Source: a virus. Taken from it: a stretch of 64,000 nucleotides of DNA. The notes under the pieces are model-generated. The model made no database searches. It was given only the letters and a program-made list of their open reading frames with translations, and was not told where the DNA came from. The position numbers and the translations under genes were made by a program. This document shows, one piece after another, positions 35,412 through 44,219 of this stretch (position 1 is the stretch's first letter; the number at the start of each line of letters is the position of its first letter). The stretch lies in the IMG/VR virus record IMGVR_UViG_3300045988_028354; one strand, 5' to 3'.

Positions 35412-35425
35412 TTCTGCACACAAGA

Positions 35426-35450
35426 AAAGGCAGTTGGTTAGACTGCCTTT
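35426..35450 (-). terminator. intrinsic terminator
   Basis: Perfect 9-bp stem aaaggcagt / actgccttt. Minus-strand RNA is followed by UUUUCUUGUG. Confidence 0.65.
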
Positions 35451-35467
35451 GATTCATTGTTTGGTTA

Positions 35468-35899
35468 TTAATCCCGAGGATAAGGTTTCTTCTTTTTGAA
35501 AGGTTTTACTTCCCGGGTAACTTCTTGTTTATAGAAAGCATCAATGTTTGAATGAAGCATTTCTATTGTCTCCGGGGTTATTGTATCCTTTGAACTGTAT
35601 AGAGTTTCGTAGATACTTTCCCATAGTTCATTTACCAGATGCTTTCTAATGTCTTCTTTGACATCAGATTCTGGTTCAAACTTGATAGCAACTGTAACAT
35701 GGTCAATGTGATCTCCTTCTAATAGAAGACCTTTGAATCTGGATAGGTCATCAGGAGCATTTAGGTTATCGTTCAGGAACCTTTCTATGCACATATCGCC
35801 TCGCATTAATTGTGAGGCATGTTCTGCTGAGATAGGGAATTCCTCTATGCCGAACATAGAATTTTCATTGTCTTCTGAGGTAAATACGATTTTTAGCAT
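35468..35899 (-). CDS. hypothetical acidic protein
   Basis: 143 aa, TAATG junction with the upstream gene. Confidence 0.6.
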   Translation of the reverse strand: MLKIVFTSEDNENSMFGIEEFPISAEHASQLMRGDMCIERFLNDNLNAPDDLSRFKGLLLEGDHIDHVTVAIKFEPESDVKEDIRKHLVNELWESIYETLYSSKDTITPETIEMLHSNIDAFYKQEVTREVKPFKKKKPYPRD

Positions 35900-36366
35900 T
35901 ATATTTTTGTTTTTAAACGGTTAATGACTTCTTTGTAGAATTGATTTATGAACTCAGGTTCAGGAGTTGAAGAACCTGGGTTAAGTTGTCTCCAATGGAA
36001 TCTCACGCTGTTCTTTATTTCAAGGGCAAGATTATTAGCAGCTAAATCAAAGGCATCGTTGTATTGAACAATCTGTAAGAGATTGCTTACGCATTTGCTA
36101 GCATCTCCCAATGGTATGGCTTGTTCAATCATTTCGAATCCGTCTTCGTAAATCTCTACTGTATCAATGTAAATGTCATCTATATGGTTAAGAGCATTGA
36201 TTAGGTCTACCGTATTAACGGTATCATCATCGTCCAGTTCATTGGTAATTCTGAAGGCTTGGATAAAAGCATCTAGGATTCCCTGCATATCGGGGTCCTG
36301 TTCCTTAAGTGGAATACGTCTAATGATTCCAACTTGTTCGAAGGTTAAGTAATACTTGGTTTGCAT
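35899..36366 (-). CDS. hypothetical acidic protein
   Basis: 155 aa. Confidence 0.6.
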   Translation of the reverse strand: MQTKYYLTFEQVGIIRRIPLKEQDPDMQGILDAFIQAFRITNELDDDDTVNTVDLINALNHIDDIYIDTVEIYEDGFEMIEQAIPLGDASKCVSNLLQIVQYNDAFDLAANNLALEIKNSVRFHWRQLNPGSSTPEPEFINQFYKEVINRLKTKI

Positions 36367-36400
36367 GGTTATAAAATTTTAATAGTTTATTAATTCATTA

Positions 36401-36463
36401 CAAATATAAGAAATATATTTATATCTGCAAAAGAATTAATAAACTATTTAATAATTACTGGGG
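36401..36463 (-). promoter_or_regulatory. promoter with CCCCAG box
   Basis: Plus caaatata at 36401..36408, gcaaaa at 36427, ctgggg at 36458..36463; offset 57. Confidence 0.6.
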
Positions 36464-36775
36464 TAGAGCCCGGAATCTGTTTAAGTCCCAATCGTACTTT
36501 CTGTCTCCCTTATTAGTAAATACCCAAAGGTAATGGTCTTTGTATTCCTTTGATATGGTATTATACTTAGAGGTCTGAATGATGATACGATTTGGTTCGT
36601 ATTCAAGTAATTCTGCATGTACTGTAGATACATGATGACTTTCAAGATTAAGTTTGGCCTTGAAGTCTTTAAGGAACTCATCTCGGTTTACACCATAGTT
36701 ATCTCCCACGAATTTAATGTAATCGTCCTCTACCTGTTCTAACATGGTAGATACCTTGAATCTAAACTTGTTCAT
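36455..36775 (-). CDS. hypothetical protein
   Basis: The track start at 36832 is TTG. ATGs lie at 36823, 36775 and 36745; 36775 (MNKFRFKV...) is chosen because it gives a 14-nt overlap. Confidence 0.5.
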   Translation of the reverse strand: MNKFRFKVSTMLEQVEDDYIKFVGDNYGVNRDEFLKDFKAKLNLESHHVSTVHAELLEYEPNRIIIQTSKYNTISKEYKDHYLWVFTNKGDRKYDWDLNRFRALPQ

Positions 36776-37445
36776 CTTTGTTATTTTTAAGGGTTCGTAA
36801 TTTCTCTTTGAGTTCTTCAGCATATCTTTCAAGGATATTACTTACTACTACCAAGCAATCTTCATCTGCAAATGACATAATGATATCCATACATTCATCA
36901 AAGTAGTTTCCGATTGATTGAGGATTATTCCAAAGTACATCCCAGTTCTTGCAATAATTAAACCGGATAATATCTACGTATTCATTTACTGATACCTTAC
37001 TATCTGGTAAATATGGATATACCTTTGAATACATAGATTTAAAATTATCCTCAATCTCCTCATTCAATCTAAACTCTTTTGGTAGAGCCTCATAGTAAGA
37101 CATATCTGGAATGTAGAATTGGTAAGCAAATTCCTTATCTGTCTGTGCCTCAATTCCCGGGTATGAATTAGCAAATAATACTGGTATTTTATAGAGCAAT
37201 AAGTCTGGTACTCTATCATATACCTTGTAATGGTCTTGGTATTCTTTGTACGCATTAACATATACCCGGTCATCGTATATATGAAGTTCATTGAGTATCG
37301 TTTGAACTCTTGAATGAAAGTCTTCTAACTCGAAGTGCATAGCAATGTTAAAGGTATCTTCCATACCCTCTAATTTTTGTAGAGTAATAAGTCTACGGCT
37401 TTTGATTACTCTGATTTTCTTTTTCTTTCTGAATAAGTTGAACAT
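36762..37445 (-). CDS. hypothetical protein
   Basis: 227 aa, ATG checked. Confidence 0.6.
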   Translation of the reverse strand: MFNLFRKKKKIRVIKSRRLITLQKLEGMEDTFNIAMHFELEDFHSRVQTILNELHIYDDRVYVNAYKEYQDHYKVYDRVPDLLLYKIPVLFANSYPGIEAQTDKEFAYQFYIPDMSYYEALPKEFRLNEEIEDNFKSMYSKVYPYLPDSKVSVNEYVDIIRFNYCKNWDVLWNNPQSIGNYFDECMDIIMSFADEDCLVVVSNILERYAEELKEKLRTLKNNKDEQV

Positions 37446-37448
37446 GTG

Positions 37449-37664
37449 TTAAAATGTAAAGTTAATATATACGTCCTGAGAACCTTTCATGAATTTCTCA
37501 TGGTTGGTATCATCGAATTTAAAGCAAGAATATTTGCCTAATGAGCGTTCATATTCTCCTCTTACCCATACTGGTGCAGTAGTAGTGGGTTTAAGTTTAA
37601 AGTAAGTACCTTGATTGATGTTCTTAATCTTGGTCTTTTTACATTCGGGGTCTAATGTTTCCAT
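37449..37664 (-). CDS. hypothetical protein
   Basis: 71 aa, ATG 29 nt after the -7 box. Confidence 0.55.
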   Translation of the reverse strand: METLDPECKKTKIKNINQGTYFKLKPTTTAPVWVRGEYERSLGKYSCFKFDDTNHEKFMKGSQDVYINFTF

Positions 37665-37692
37665 ATATTTGTCTATTTTTAAAATTGATATG

Positions 37693-37745
37693 CAAATATA
37701 ATACTTTTAAATTTAATATGCAAATCCGTATATACACAACTGAGG
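37693..37745 (-). promoter_or_regulatory. Bacteroidota-type promoter with CCTCAG box
   Basis: Minus strand CCTCAGTTGTGTATATACGGATTTGCATATTAAATTTAAAAGTATTATATTTGCATATC; offset 47. Confidence 0.65.
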
Positions 37746-37766
37746 CCACCATTAATAGGTAGCCTC
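37742..37766 (-). terminator. hairpin at the cassette end (no U-tract)
   Basis: gaggccacc / ggtagcctc, 8 of 9 bp. Its 3-prime arm contains the CCTCAG box. Confidence 0.4.
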
Positions 37767-37770
37767 TAAG

Positions 37771-38685
37771 TTATTTTCTTTTGTTTAGGAATGATGCAGC
37801 AAGGGATGTATCTTCTTCTGCTTCTAGTATTTCATCATCCTCTAAGTACCTATCCATCTCTGGGTCATAAGAATCGGTATCAATCCTCATTTCAATCTCC
37901 CTACGCAATTCATGGTGTTCTTTAGAGGATATTTCCATAGCAGCCTTATAGTTATCTGTGATTTGATTGAGTTCTTTCTTATTAAGATTAAGGCCCTCCT
38001 TGGACGTATCTACTCCCTCTTGCTTAGTTGCAACTACTTCTGGCAATGAATTGATATCGTATTTGTCCTCTAAGAGTTTTGCTTCTTCAGTTTTAGTAAG
38101 TACCTTTTGAGATTCTAATACGATAGTTCTTGCTTCCTCTATCGAGATAGTATTCTCAGCATTGAGATTATTCTGTTGATTGAACTGATTGAAGATATTA
38201 GTTGTATTGCCTCCAGTAAGATTACGAATGATTGATTGTAATGATGTAGAAGATTCCAACTTGAGCTTCAATGTCTTATTAACCTCGGACGAAATGAAAG
38301 GAGTATATTTACCTCCTTGGGAATCTCTTAAGATTTGCAACTGGTGAGATATCTCCATTCTATCCTCTAATGCCCATGCTAGTTGTTCTCCCAATAACGC
38401 GTTAAGTAATTCTTCCTGTTTATCTTTATCCCATATTCTAGAAGACAATAATCTGTCTCTCATGAATACTCGTACATATTCTATATCAATCCCCAATCTA
38501 TTAGAGAATGAATTGATATCATAGGTTACTCCACACAAAACACCATTACCCATTAACCATTGATTAATAAGGTAATTCTGTACCTTAATCAATGCTTCCT
38601 CTTCGTGTGTCTTCTGGTATTCTAAAGCCATTGCAGTAGTACCCATAGGACGAGGGAATCTTGTTATCTTATCTTCTTTTGCCAT
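37771..38685 (-). CDS. hypothetical protein
   Basis: 304 aa, ATG checked, acidic C-terminus. Confidence 0.6.
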   Translation of the reverse strand: MAKEDKITRFPRPMGTTAMALEYQKTHEEEALIKVQNYLINQWLMGNGVLCGVTYDINSFSNRLGIDIEYVRVFMRDRLLSSRIWDKDKQEELLNALLGEQLAWALEDRMEISHQLQILRDSQGGKYTPFISSEVNKTLKLKLESSTSLQSIIRNLTGGNTTNIFNQFNQQNNLNAENTISIEEARTIVLESQKVLTKTEEAKLLEDKYDINSLPEVVATKQEGVDTSKEGLNLNKKELNQITDNYKAAMEISSKEHHELRREIEMRIDTDSYDPEMDRYLEDDEILEAEEDTSLAASFLNKRK

Positions 38686-38986
38686 ATAAATAAGCCTTTC
38701 TTATATCTTTAGATTCATCATATCCTACTAGCTCTAACTTATAACATACATAGCAATTAATACTAAGGTTATAGAAATATGCCTTATAGGTTTTCTTTTT
38801 CACTGCCAAATTAAAAGAATCACCAGAGACATAATCCCTGGTGAAAATTAATTTATCACATTTGCCTATCGGAATACTAAGGCAAAGTTTCCAATCCTTG
38901 GCAATAAATTTATTGCCGTGAAGGTCTAGGATTTCCTTTGCCATGACTTCCCTTTTTATAGGTAGATTGTTTTTTGTCTTGTTCAT
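38669..38986 (-). CDS. hypothetical protein (start uncertain)
   Basis: The track start at 39013 is TTG. ATGs at 38986 and 38944. Overlaps the 3-prime end of 38910..39329 by at least 35 nt in the +1 frame. Confidence 0.45.
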   Translation of the reverse strand: MNKTKNNLPIKREVMAKEILDLHGNKFIAKDWKLCLSIPIGKCDKLIFTRDYVSGDSFNLAVKKKTYKAYFYNLSINCYVCYKLELVGYDESKDIRKAYLYGKRR

Positions 38987-39329
38987 TGAGGTATTCCTTC
39001 TTCCCTTTTTCAATGAACTGTTGGATATCTGGGAACATCTTTGCTCTTAAAGGTACTACCTGAGTAGCAAAGAAAGCATTCCATAGGTTCTGTGTAAATC
39101 CTTCACCTACTTTAAGCTTGGATATTGCCCAGAATTTACTTTCGAAATTCTTAATGATTTCCTTGAACCGATAATAATATAACTTATGAGTCTTAGGGTT
39201 AATGCCAATGGTAGTAGTTTGGCAATAATCTAGAAACTCTTTACCCAATTCGGAAATAAACTCTTCCCTTTTAAAATCGTAATTCTCTTGGTCGAGTTTA
39301 AATAACTTTACGTAATCTATTGCTTCCAT
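38910..39329 (-). CDS. hypothetical protein
   Basis: 139 aa, ATG checked. Confidence 0.55.
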   Translation of the reverse strand: MEAIDYVKLFKLDQENYDFKREEFISELGKEFLDYCQTTTIGINPKTHKLYYYRFKEIIKNFESKFWAISKLKVGEGFTQNLWNAFFATQVVPLRAKMFPDIQQFIEKGKKEYLNEQDKKQSTYKKGSHGKGNPRPSRQ

Positions 39330-39333
39330 ATAT

Positions 39334-39723
39334 TTACTCTTTAATTGTTTCTAAAGGATAAGCCTTTAGTGTTACTTTCTTGGTTGCATCCTGGACCTGG
39401 AATAAATATCCTCGATAATTATCCTCATAATAGGAGGACCAGATTGCTTCCTTTACCCTGTACCAATCTAAAGTCTTGGCACCTTTGGGGATTCCTGTGA
39501 TTAATAACATATGAGGGTTTTCTCCCAGTTGAATGTTAAAAATATCCTTGCCATCAAAGTTACCTATTACTACATAGTCCGGAAAGGTAGGATATTCCTT
39601 TAATTTAGGATAAGGTACACCCAAACTATCTACTATGGTTTCAGGCTCTATGATTTGATTCTGAAATCGGATATTTAGTTTCGATTTACCTATGTATAGG
39701 TCTTTGACTATATTCGTGAACAT
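39334..39723 (-). CDS. hypothetical protein
   Basis: 129 aa. Confidence 0.6.
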   Translation of the reverse strand: MFTNIVKDLYIGKSKLNIRFQNQIIEPETIVDSLGVPYPKLKEYPTFPDYVVIGNFDGKDIFNIQLGENPHMLLITGIPKGAKTLDWYRVKEAIWSSYYEDNYRGYLFQVQDATKKVTLKAYPLETIKE

Positions 39724-40016
39724 ATGTAGATTATTATATGGGTTATACCTTGGTCCTTGAAGTTATTTAGGTTAGTTGCCTTTTCCTCAAGTTTCCTTAG
39801 TGTCTTTCTAGAATCTGTACAGATTCTTCTGGTTGGATTTCTAACCAGCATCAGAATATTCTCTAGTGCAGGTTGCAAAGCATTAACTGGTCCTGCATAA
39901 AGTATCTCATGCTTCTTCCCACTAATTACATTGTATTGGGTTTTATAGGCATACTTACCTTTAATATAAGCTACCTCAACCTTTTCTATTTCTTCTTTTC
40001 TTATGTTTCTTACCAT
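39708..40016 (-). CDS. hypothetical basic protein
   Basis: 102 aa. Confidence 0.55.
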   Translation of the reverse strand: MVRNIRKEEIEKVEVAYIKGKYAYKTQYNVISGKKHEILYAGPVNALQPALENILMLVRNPTRRICTDSRKTLRKLEEKATNLNNFKDQGITHIIIYICSRI

Positions 40017-40278
40017 AACCGTCTTTATTTACATAATCTGATATTTCGTCTAATTGTCCCAAGAGTAATGCCTGCACAAATATAGGTACAGGCCTGAAAA
40101 AGAAGTTTCTTATGTTACTGGTGTTAATATACCAATCGTATACAATAAAGAACTTCTTAATCTTCCTATGTTTAAGTGAACGTTGAACTAAGTAGGTTTT
40201 AACGCATCTCTTATGCAACTCCACCAACTCCTTGTCTTGCTTTAACATCTCCTTTGCGGAGAATATAGTGTAATCCAT
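39976..40278 (-). CDS. hypothetical basic protein
   Basis: 100 aa. Confidence 0.55.
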   Translation of the reverse strand: MDYTIFSAKEMLKQDKELVELHKRCVKTYLVQRSLKHRKIKKFFIVYDWYINTSNIRNFFFRPVPIFVQALLLGQLDEISDYVNKDGYGKKHKKRRNRKG

Positions 40279-40350
40279 TTTTATACCTTTAGAAGGTTAA
40301 TACAATGAGGAAGGTACTCTGATATTGGGTACCTTCCCTGAGAGGTAAAA

Positions 40351-40854
40351 TCAAGCAACTTGTTCTGGCTTGAGGACTTTGTTCTTGAAGTCCTCATATG
40401 CCTTGGCAGCTTTCTTGTATTCTTTGGAGTTTTGGTCCTTGATACGGAACATTTCCCGTTCAAGTCTGTGAAGTTCATTGCGAGTTTGTTGTCTCCATTT
40501 CTTCCGGGCCAGAGTATCGGTTATATCCTCTGGGTATACGTATTTTACTTCCCTGTTGGAGATTACCTTTTCGATGATGGAGGGTTTCTGTTGTTTTTCA
40601 ACATCTTTTACTACCTCTGCTTTTTTAGAGGTTTTCTTTGTTGGTTTGGGTTCTTCTGGAGTAATCTGAACCAATTTGGCACCTGCAAATTTCTTGGCAG
40701 CTTCCTGGGATTCTTCTACCAATTGAGCCTTAGTCTTTTTAGTTCCATTGGCCTTAGTAGTTTTAGACTTGGATGTAGCATCCTTAATTCCTTCTAATTG
40801 TTGAGCAACTTTGTTACCGATAAGGTTAGCAACCTTGTTTTCATTCTTTTTCAT
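40351..40854 (-). CDS. lysine-rich protein, possible nucleic-acid binder
   Basis: 167 aa. K/A/E-rich N-terminal half, then VKYVYPEDITDTLARKKWRQQTRNE, which is shared with 43624..44169. Confidence 0.6.
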   Translation of the reverse strand: MKKNENKVANLIGNKVAQQLEGIKDATSKSKTTKANGTKKTKAQLVEESQEAAKKFAGAKLVQITPEEPKPTKKTSKKAEVVKDVEKQQKPSIIEKVISNREVKYVYPEDITDTLARKKWRQQTRNELHRLEREMFRIKDQNSKEYKKAAKAYEDFKNKVLKPEQVA

Positions 40855-40904
40855 AACGTCTATATTAAAAATGTTTATAAATGAATTAATTTCTTATCAC
40901 ATTG

Positions 40905-40967
40905 CAAATATAAGAATAATATTTTATATAGCAATAAAATAAAAAGAATATTTTTAAATAGCTGAGG
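40905..40967 (-). promoter_or_regulatory. promoter with CCTCAG box
   Basis: Plus caaatata at 40905..40912, gcaat at 40931, ctgagg at 40962..40967; offset 57. Confidence 0.6.
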
Positions 40968-41519
40968 TTAATCGGCTAAGAAGTCGAAGATCTCTGGAGC
41001 ATAATCTATCTCGTTTTCTGGGTCTGATAGATATTCGTCCAGGTTTTCGTTATAATAATCGAGTTCTGATTTAGCCTTGGGAGCAGGTACAAAGGGTATA
41101 CATTTTTCTGGATATTTCTCTGCAAACTTAATGGCATCTTGATAAGTTAACTTCTTATCAGTATAAAATTTAACCCATGTATGGGAGTATCCCACTCCTT
41201 TTCTAGTAACTTCGTATTGTTGATATCCAGAATTACTTATCTGGTAGATTTGATTCTCTGGAATGATTTCTATTTCTACCTGATATTCGTATATTCTTTT
41301 TCCGAGTTTGTTTGCCATTTCCTGAATTGAATCCATTAATGACTTAGGCTTATCTGCAAATGAGAAACTGTATTTAGTTTCTGGTACATCGTTCTTTTTA
41401 AACGACGGAGCAGGACTTATCCTGCTTGCATCGGATGTAGGTTTTGAGCCTATAGCCAATCCAATTAGTATAAATCCTGCTAACCCTATGATAGGTAATT
41501 TCTTAAGACCTGAGTTCAT
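40968..41519 (-). CDS. secreted or membrane-anchored hypothetical protein
   Basis: 183 aa, N-terminal LPIIGLAGFILIGLAIG. Confidence 0.6.
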   Translation of the reverse strand: MNSGLKKLPIIGLAGFILIGLAIGSKPTSDASRISPAPSFKKNDVPETKYSFSFADKPKSLMDSIQEMANKLGKRIYEYQVEIEIIPENQIYQISNSGYQQYEVTRKGVGYSHTWVKFYTDKKLTYQDAIKFAEKYPEKCIPFVPAPKAKSELDYYNENLDEYLSDPENEIDYAPEIFDFLAD

Positions 41520-41769
41520 AGCCCGTGGTTTTAAACTTGTTTCTGATATTAGAAGAAACGTATTTACCTTTGGACTCTGCTAGGTGTAATTCATTGCAGA
41601 TTTCTTTAGGTACACCATCATAACGGTAAACTTTGTTGCCTTTGAAAGCAATCCAAAGTTGTTTGTTTTTGGAGTCGTATCCGTAGCCTTCAACGTTTGA
41701 GGATTCACAAGGAATCATTTCAACTCCAGTGTTCAATTCAACTGATTCTAAGTATTCGTTCTTGTCCAT
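41503..41769 (-). CDS. KTSC-domain protein
   Basis: VEGYGYDSKNKQLWIAFKGNKVYRYDGVPKEICNELHLAESKGKYVSSNIR fits the KTSC pattern (Y.Y....L.V.F..G..Y.Y..VP.......A.S.G.Y). Confidence 0.6.
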   Translation of the reverse strand: MDKNEYLESVELNTGVEMIPCESSNVEGYGYDSKNKQLWIAFKGNKVYRYDGVPKEICNELHLAESKGKYVSSNIRNKFKTTGYELRS

Positions 41770-41775
41770 TTTAAA

Positions 41776-42135
41776 TTAAATTATTAATGTGAGTTCAGGA
41801 TGAAATTTATTGGTTTCTCTGTGTAATAGTTCCCATGCTCCGTAAACTCCTTGGGATAAATCATGTATCCATTCGTCTTCCATTTTGAATAGGATATGAG
41901 AACAGATGTATAATTGATATTCGTTCAGAGTCTTTATCAATTGAGGCATTTCGTATATCTCTTCGTAAATCTGAATATGATGATTGACTGAATCAAGCAT
42001 CTCTTCATTGTTTATCTGTAACAACTTCCTGAGTAAATCGGGTTCTGTTGTAGTGATATTGTTTTTGATATTAGTCAATGCCTCAATTTGAATCTGAGCA
42101 ATGTTCTTTACTACCTCTTTGGTTTCTGCATCCAT
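41776..42135 (-). CDS. hypothetical protein
   Basis: 119 aa. Confidence 0.6.
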   Translation of the reverse strand: MDAETKEVVKNIAQIQIEALTNIKNNITTTEPDLLRKLLQINNEEMLDSVNHHIQIYEEIYEMPQLIKTLNEYQLYICSHILFKMEDEWIHDLSQGVYGAWELLHRETNKFHPELTLII

Positions 42136-42158
42136 TTTTAATATTTATTTTCGTTATA

Positions 42159-42211
42159 CAAATATAAGAATTTTATTTTATATAATAATACACTTTTAAT
42201 ATAAACTGAGG
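42159..42211 (-). promoter_or_regulatory. promoter with CCTCAG box
   Basis: Plus caaatata at 42159..42166 and ctgagg at 42206..42211; offset 47. The box lies inside the HNH coding sequence. Confidence 0.6.
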
Positions 42212-42690
42212 TAGAGGATCTTTCGTAGGGCAGACCTTGAGAGGTTATACTCTTTTGTTAATTCATTAATAGTTGACCCAAGAGTAAATTTTCTACGTAT
42301 TATTTCTCGGTCTATATTCTTTACTTTAGCTCTAGGATTTTTATCTCCAATGTATCCTCTACCATCTCGTATACATTGCTGAGTATTTTCAGAAGGTGTA
42401 CCCCAATATAGATTACTTACCGAATTATGATGGGGTACATTATCCTTATGACATACATAGGCCTTGTTTTCTGGATTAGGTATATAAACCCTAGCAACTA
42501 ACCTATGTATATAATGTATCTTTCCACGCCTTTGAATAAACTTATATCCTTGTTTAGAAGTATTATATTTAACCCTATGCCAAGAATCTTTAGTAATATG
42601 ACCTGACTTATCATATCTACTCCAAAGTCTTCCTTTCTTACTTATAAAGTATCCTTCTAGAAAGGGTATGTTATCATTTTTGATTATCAT
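42196..42690 (-). CDS. free-standing HNH homing endonuclease
   Basis: YVCHKDNVPHHNSVSNLYWGTPSENTQQCIRDGR plus a C-terminal HTH-like tail. ATG at 42690 (the track start at 42696 is TTG). Paralog of 24419..24943. Confidence 0.8.
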   Translation of the reverse strand: MIIKNDNIPFLEGYFISKKGRLWSRYDKSGHITKDSWHRVKYNTSKQGYKFIQRRGKIHYIHRLVARVYIPNPENKAYVCHKDNVPHHNSVSNLYWGTPSENTQQCIRDGRGYIGDKNPRAKVKNIDREIIRRKFTLGSTINELTKEYNLSRSALRKILYLSLY

Positions 42691-43537
42691 TAGCAAATTT
42701 GATATTCAGTCTCTTAAGAGATTCATAGGCATTAGGAGATAGTAATACATCTGGTGCCCAACGAAGAAAGAATTTTGAGGGTTTCTTTTCTGGATTTGTC
42801 ATCAATTGCCTCATCTCGGCAGAGAATTTTAATCGTTCTTCTTCAAGTTGATATTTGGGGAACTTTGTGAACTCTGCTTGAGAGAAGGATATGGTTTTCT
42901 TACCAACAGAGGCCCTTAACGGTTTCTTCCTTTCTTTATAAAGATACGGAACAATTTTCTTCGATGGTCCACCAAGGATACTAAAGCCGAAGATGACCAT
43001 TGGGTCGAATTTATCTGCCTTGGGGTCTTTGGCTCGTTTGATACATCTTGCCATCCAGGAGTATGAGTTAGGATATTGCTTGTTGTCAGTGGCTTCTCCC
43101 ACATCCTTACTGTTGAATTCGAATCCTGGGAAATGAAAAAGAAAGTCCTCTGTAAGAATAAAGACAAATCCCAATTCCCTTAAATACTTAATAATCTCTT
43201 GTTGGCTCTTACCTTCTTCAACCATTTTCTCTACATCTGCCAGAATATCTTCCCGAGGTGATTCAGTAAGTTGTTTACTACCAGTAGAAGGTCTTCCTCT
43301 TCCCACTGAAGGTTCTTTGATTGGTAAGTTACCTACAAGCTTATCTAAGTAATTCTTAAAGTTCTCTACATCTTGTTTATTTGTAAGAGTTACTTCTATT
43401 CTTATAGGTCCTTTATGTTGTACCTTTGGTCCTGAATTCATTTCGGTATACGCATCCACCAATCTATCTTGAATATAGGAACCATTATCTTCAAGTGTAG
43501 TGATACGTAGTTTGGGTTTATATGTTTTCTCTTCCAT
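42674..43537 (-). CDS. hypothetical protein with AT-hook-like GRGRP
   Basis: ATG at 43537 (MEEKTYKPK...). The track start at 43570 is TTG, inside the terminator hairpin. Contains PSVGRGRPSTG. Confidence 0.6.
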   Translation of the reverse strand: MEEKTYKPKLRITTLEDNGSYIQDRLVDAYTEMNSGPKVQHKGPIRIEVTLTNKQDVENFKNYLDKLVGNLPIKEPSVGRGRPSTGSKQLTESPREDILADVEKMVEEGKSQQEIIKYLRELGFVFILTEDFLFHFPGFEFNSKDVGEATDNKQYPNSYSWMARCIKRAKDPKADKFDPMVIFGFSILGGPSKKIVPYLYKERKKPLRASVGKKTISFSQAEFTKFPKYQLEEERLKFSAEMRQLMTNPEKKPSKFFLRWAPDVLLSPNAYESLKRLNIKFANDNQK

Positions 43538-43556
43538 AAATCTAGGTATTAAAAAG

Positions 43557-43590
43557 AAAGGCCTGAACAAAAGTGATTTGCCAGGCCTTT
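43557..43590 (-). terminator. intrinsic terminator
   Basis: Perfect 9-bp stem aaaggcctg / caggccttt. Minus-strand RNA is followed by UUUCUUUUU. Confidence 0.7.
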
Positions 43591-43623
43591 ACATCATTAA
43601 CGAATACTTAATAAGATATGAGA

Positions 43624-44169
43624 TTAATCTTCTTCTTTTTTGGCCTTCTTTTTCTTTTTATCTTTGGCCTTCTTTTCCTTCTTTGCAGGAGCAGCCTTTT
43701 CAGTAGCTTCTGCCTTTTCTTTCTTTTCCTTCTTGGGTTTTTCTTCCTTCGGAGTTTTACCGGCAGCCAGTCTTCTCTGTTCCATACGATATTTTTTCTT
43801 TTCATCAGAAGTCATTTCCCGACCATCAATGAGAGGATAATCGTATTTGGTAACTCTGCCAGCAGATTCCTTCTTTTCCTTTTTCTCTTTTTTCTTTGAA
43901 GCCTTTTCATCTTCTTTGGCTTTTTTCATTTTTACCAATTTGGCTTCGTTTTTCAAATCCTTTTCAGGATACTGGGCAGCGACTTTGTCTCTTTCCTTGT
44001 TAAGCTTATTCAAGAGTTCGGTAACCTTTTTACCATGTTTCTTGTCCTTTGACCAATCCTTTTGAGGGTCCAAGTTGTTCTCTTTGAGATAAGCATCCAA
44101 TGCCTTTTTAGCCTTTGAAAGTTCCGGAGTCTTATTAGCCGGTTTGTCTTTCTTCTTGTCTTTCTTCAT
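43624..44169 (-). CDS. extremely lysine-rich protein (histone-H1-like composition)
   Basis: 181 aa with KKEKKEKK and KKKKKAKK tracts. Central VTKYDYPLIDGREMTSDEKKKYRMEQRR motif. Flanked by a terminator. Confidence 0.7.
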   Translation of the reverse strand: MKKDKKKDKPANKTPELSKAKKALDAYLKENNLDPQKDWSKDKKHGKKVTELLNKLNKERDKVAAQYPEKDLKNEAKLVKMKKAKEDEKASKKKEKKEKKESAGRVTKYDYPLIDGREMTSDEKKKYRMEQRRLAAGKTPKEEKPKKEKKEKAEATEKAAPAKKEKKAKDKKKKKAKKEED

Positions 44170-44219
44170 GTTTCTAAAATTTTTAAGTGGATTGAAATTT
44201 CCTTAGTAATTATCCATAG

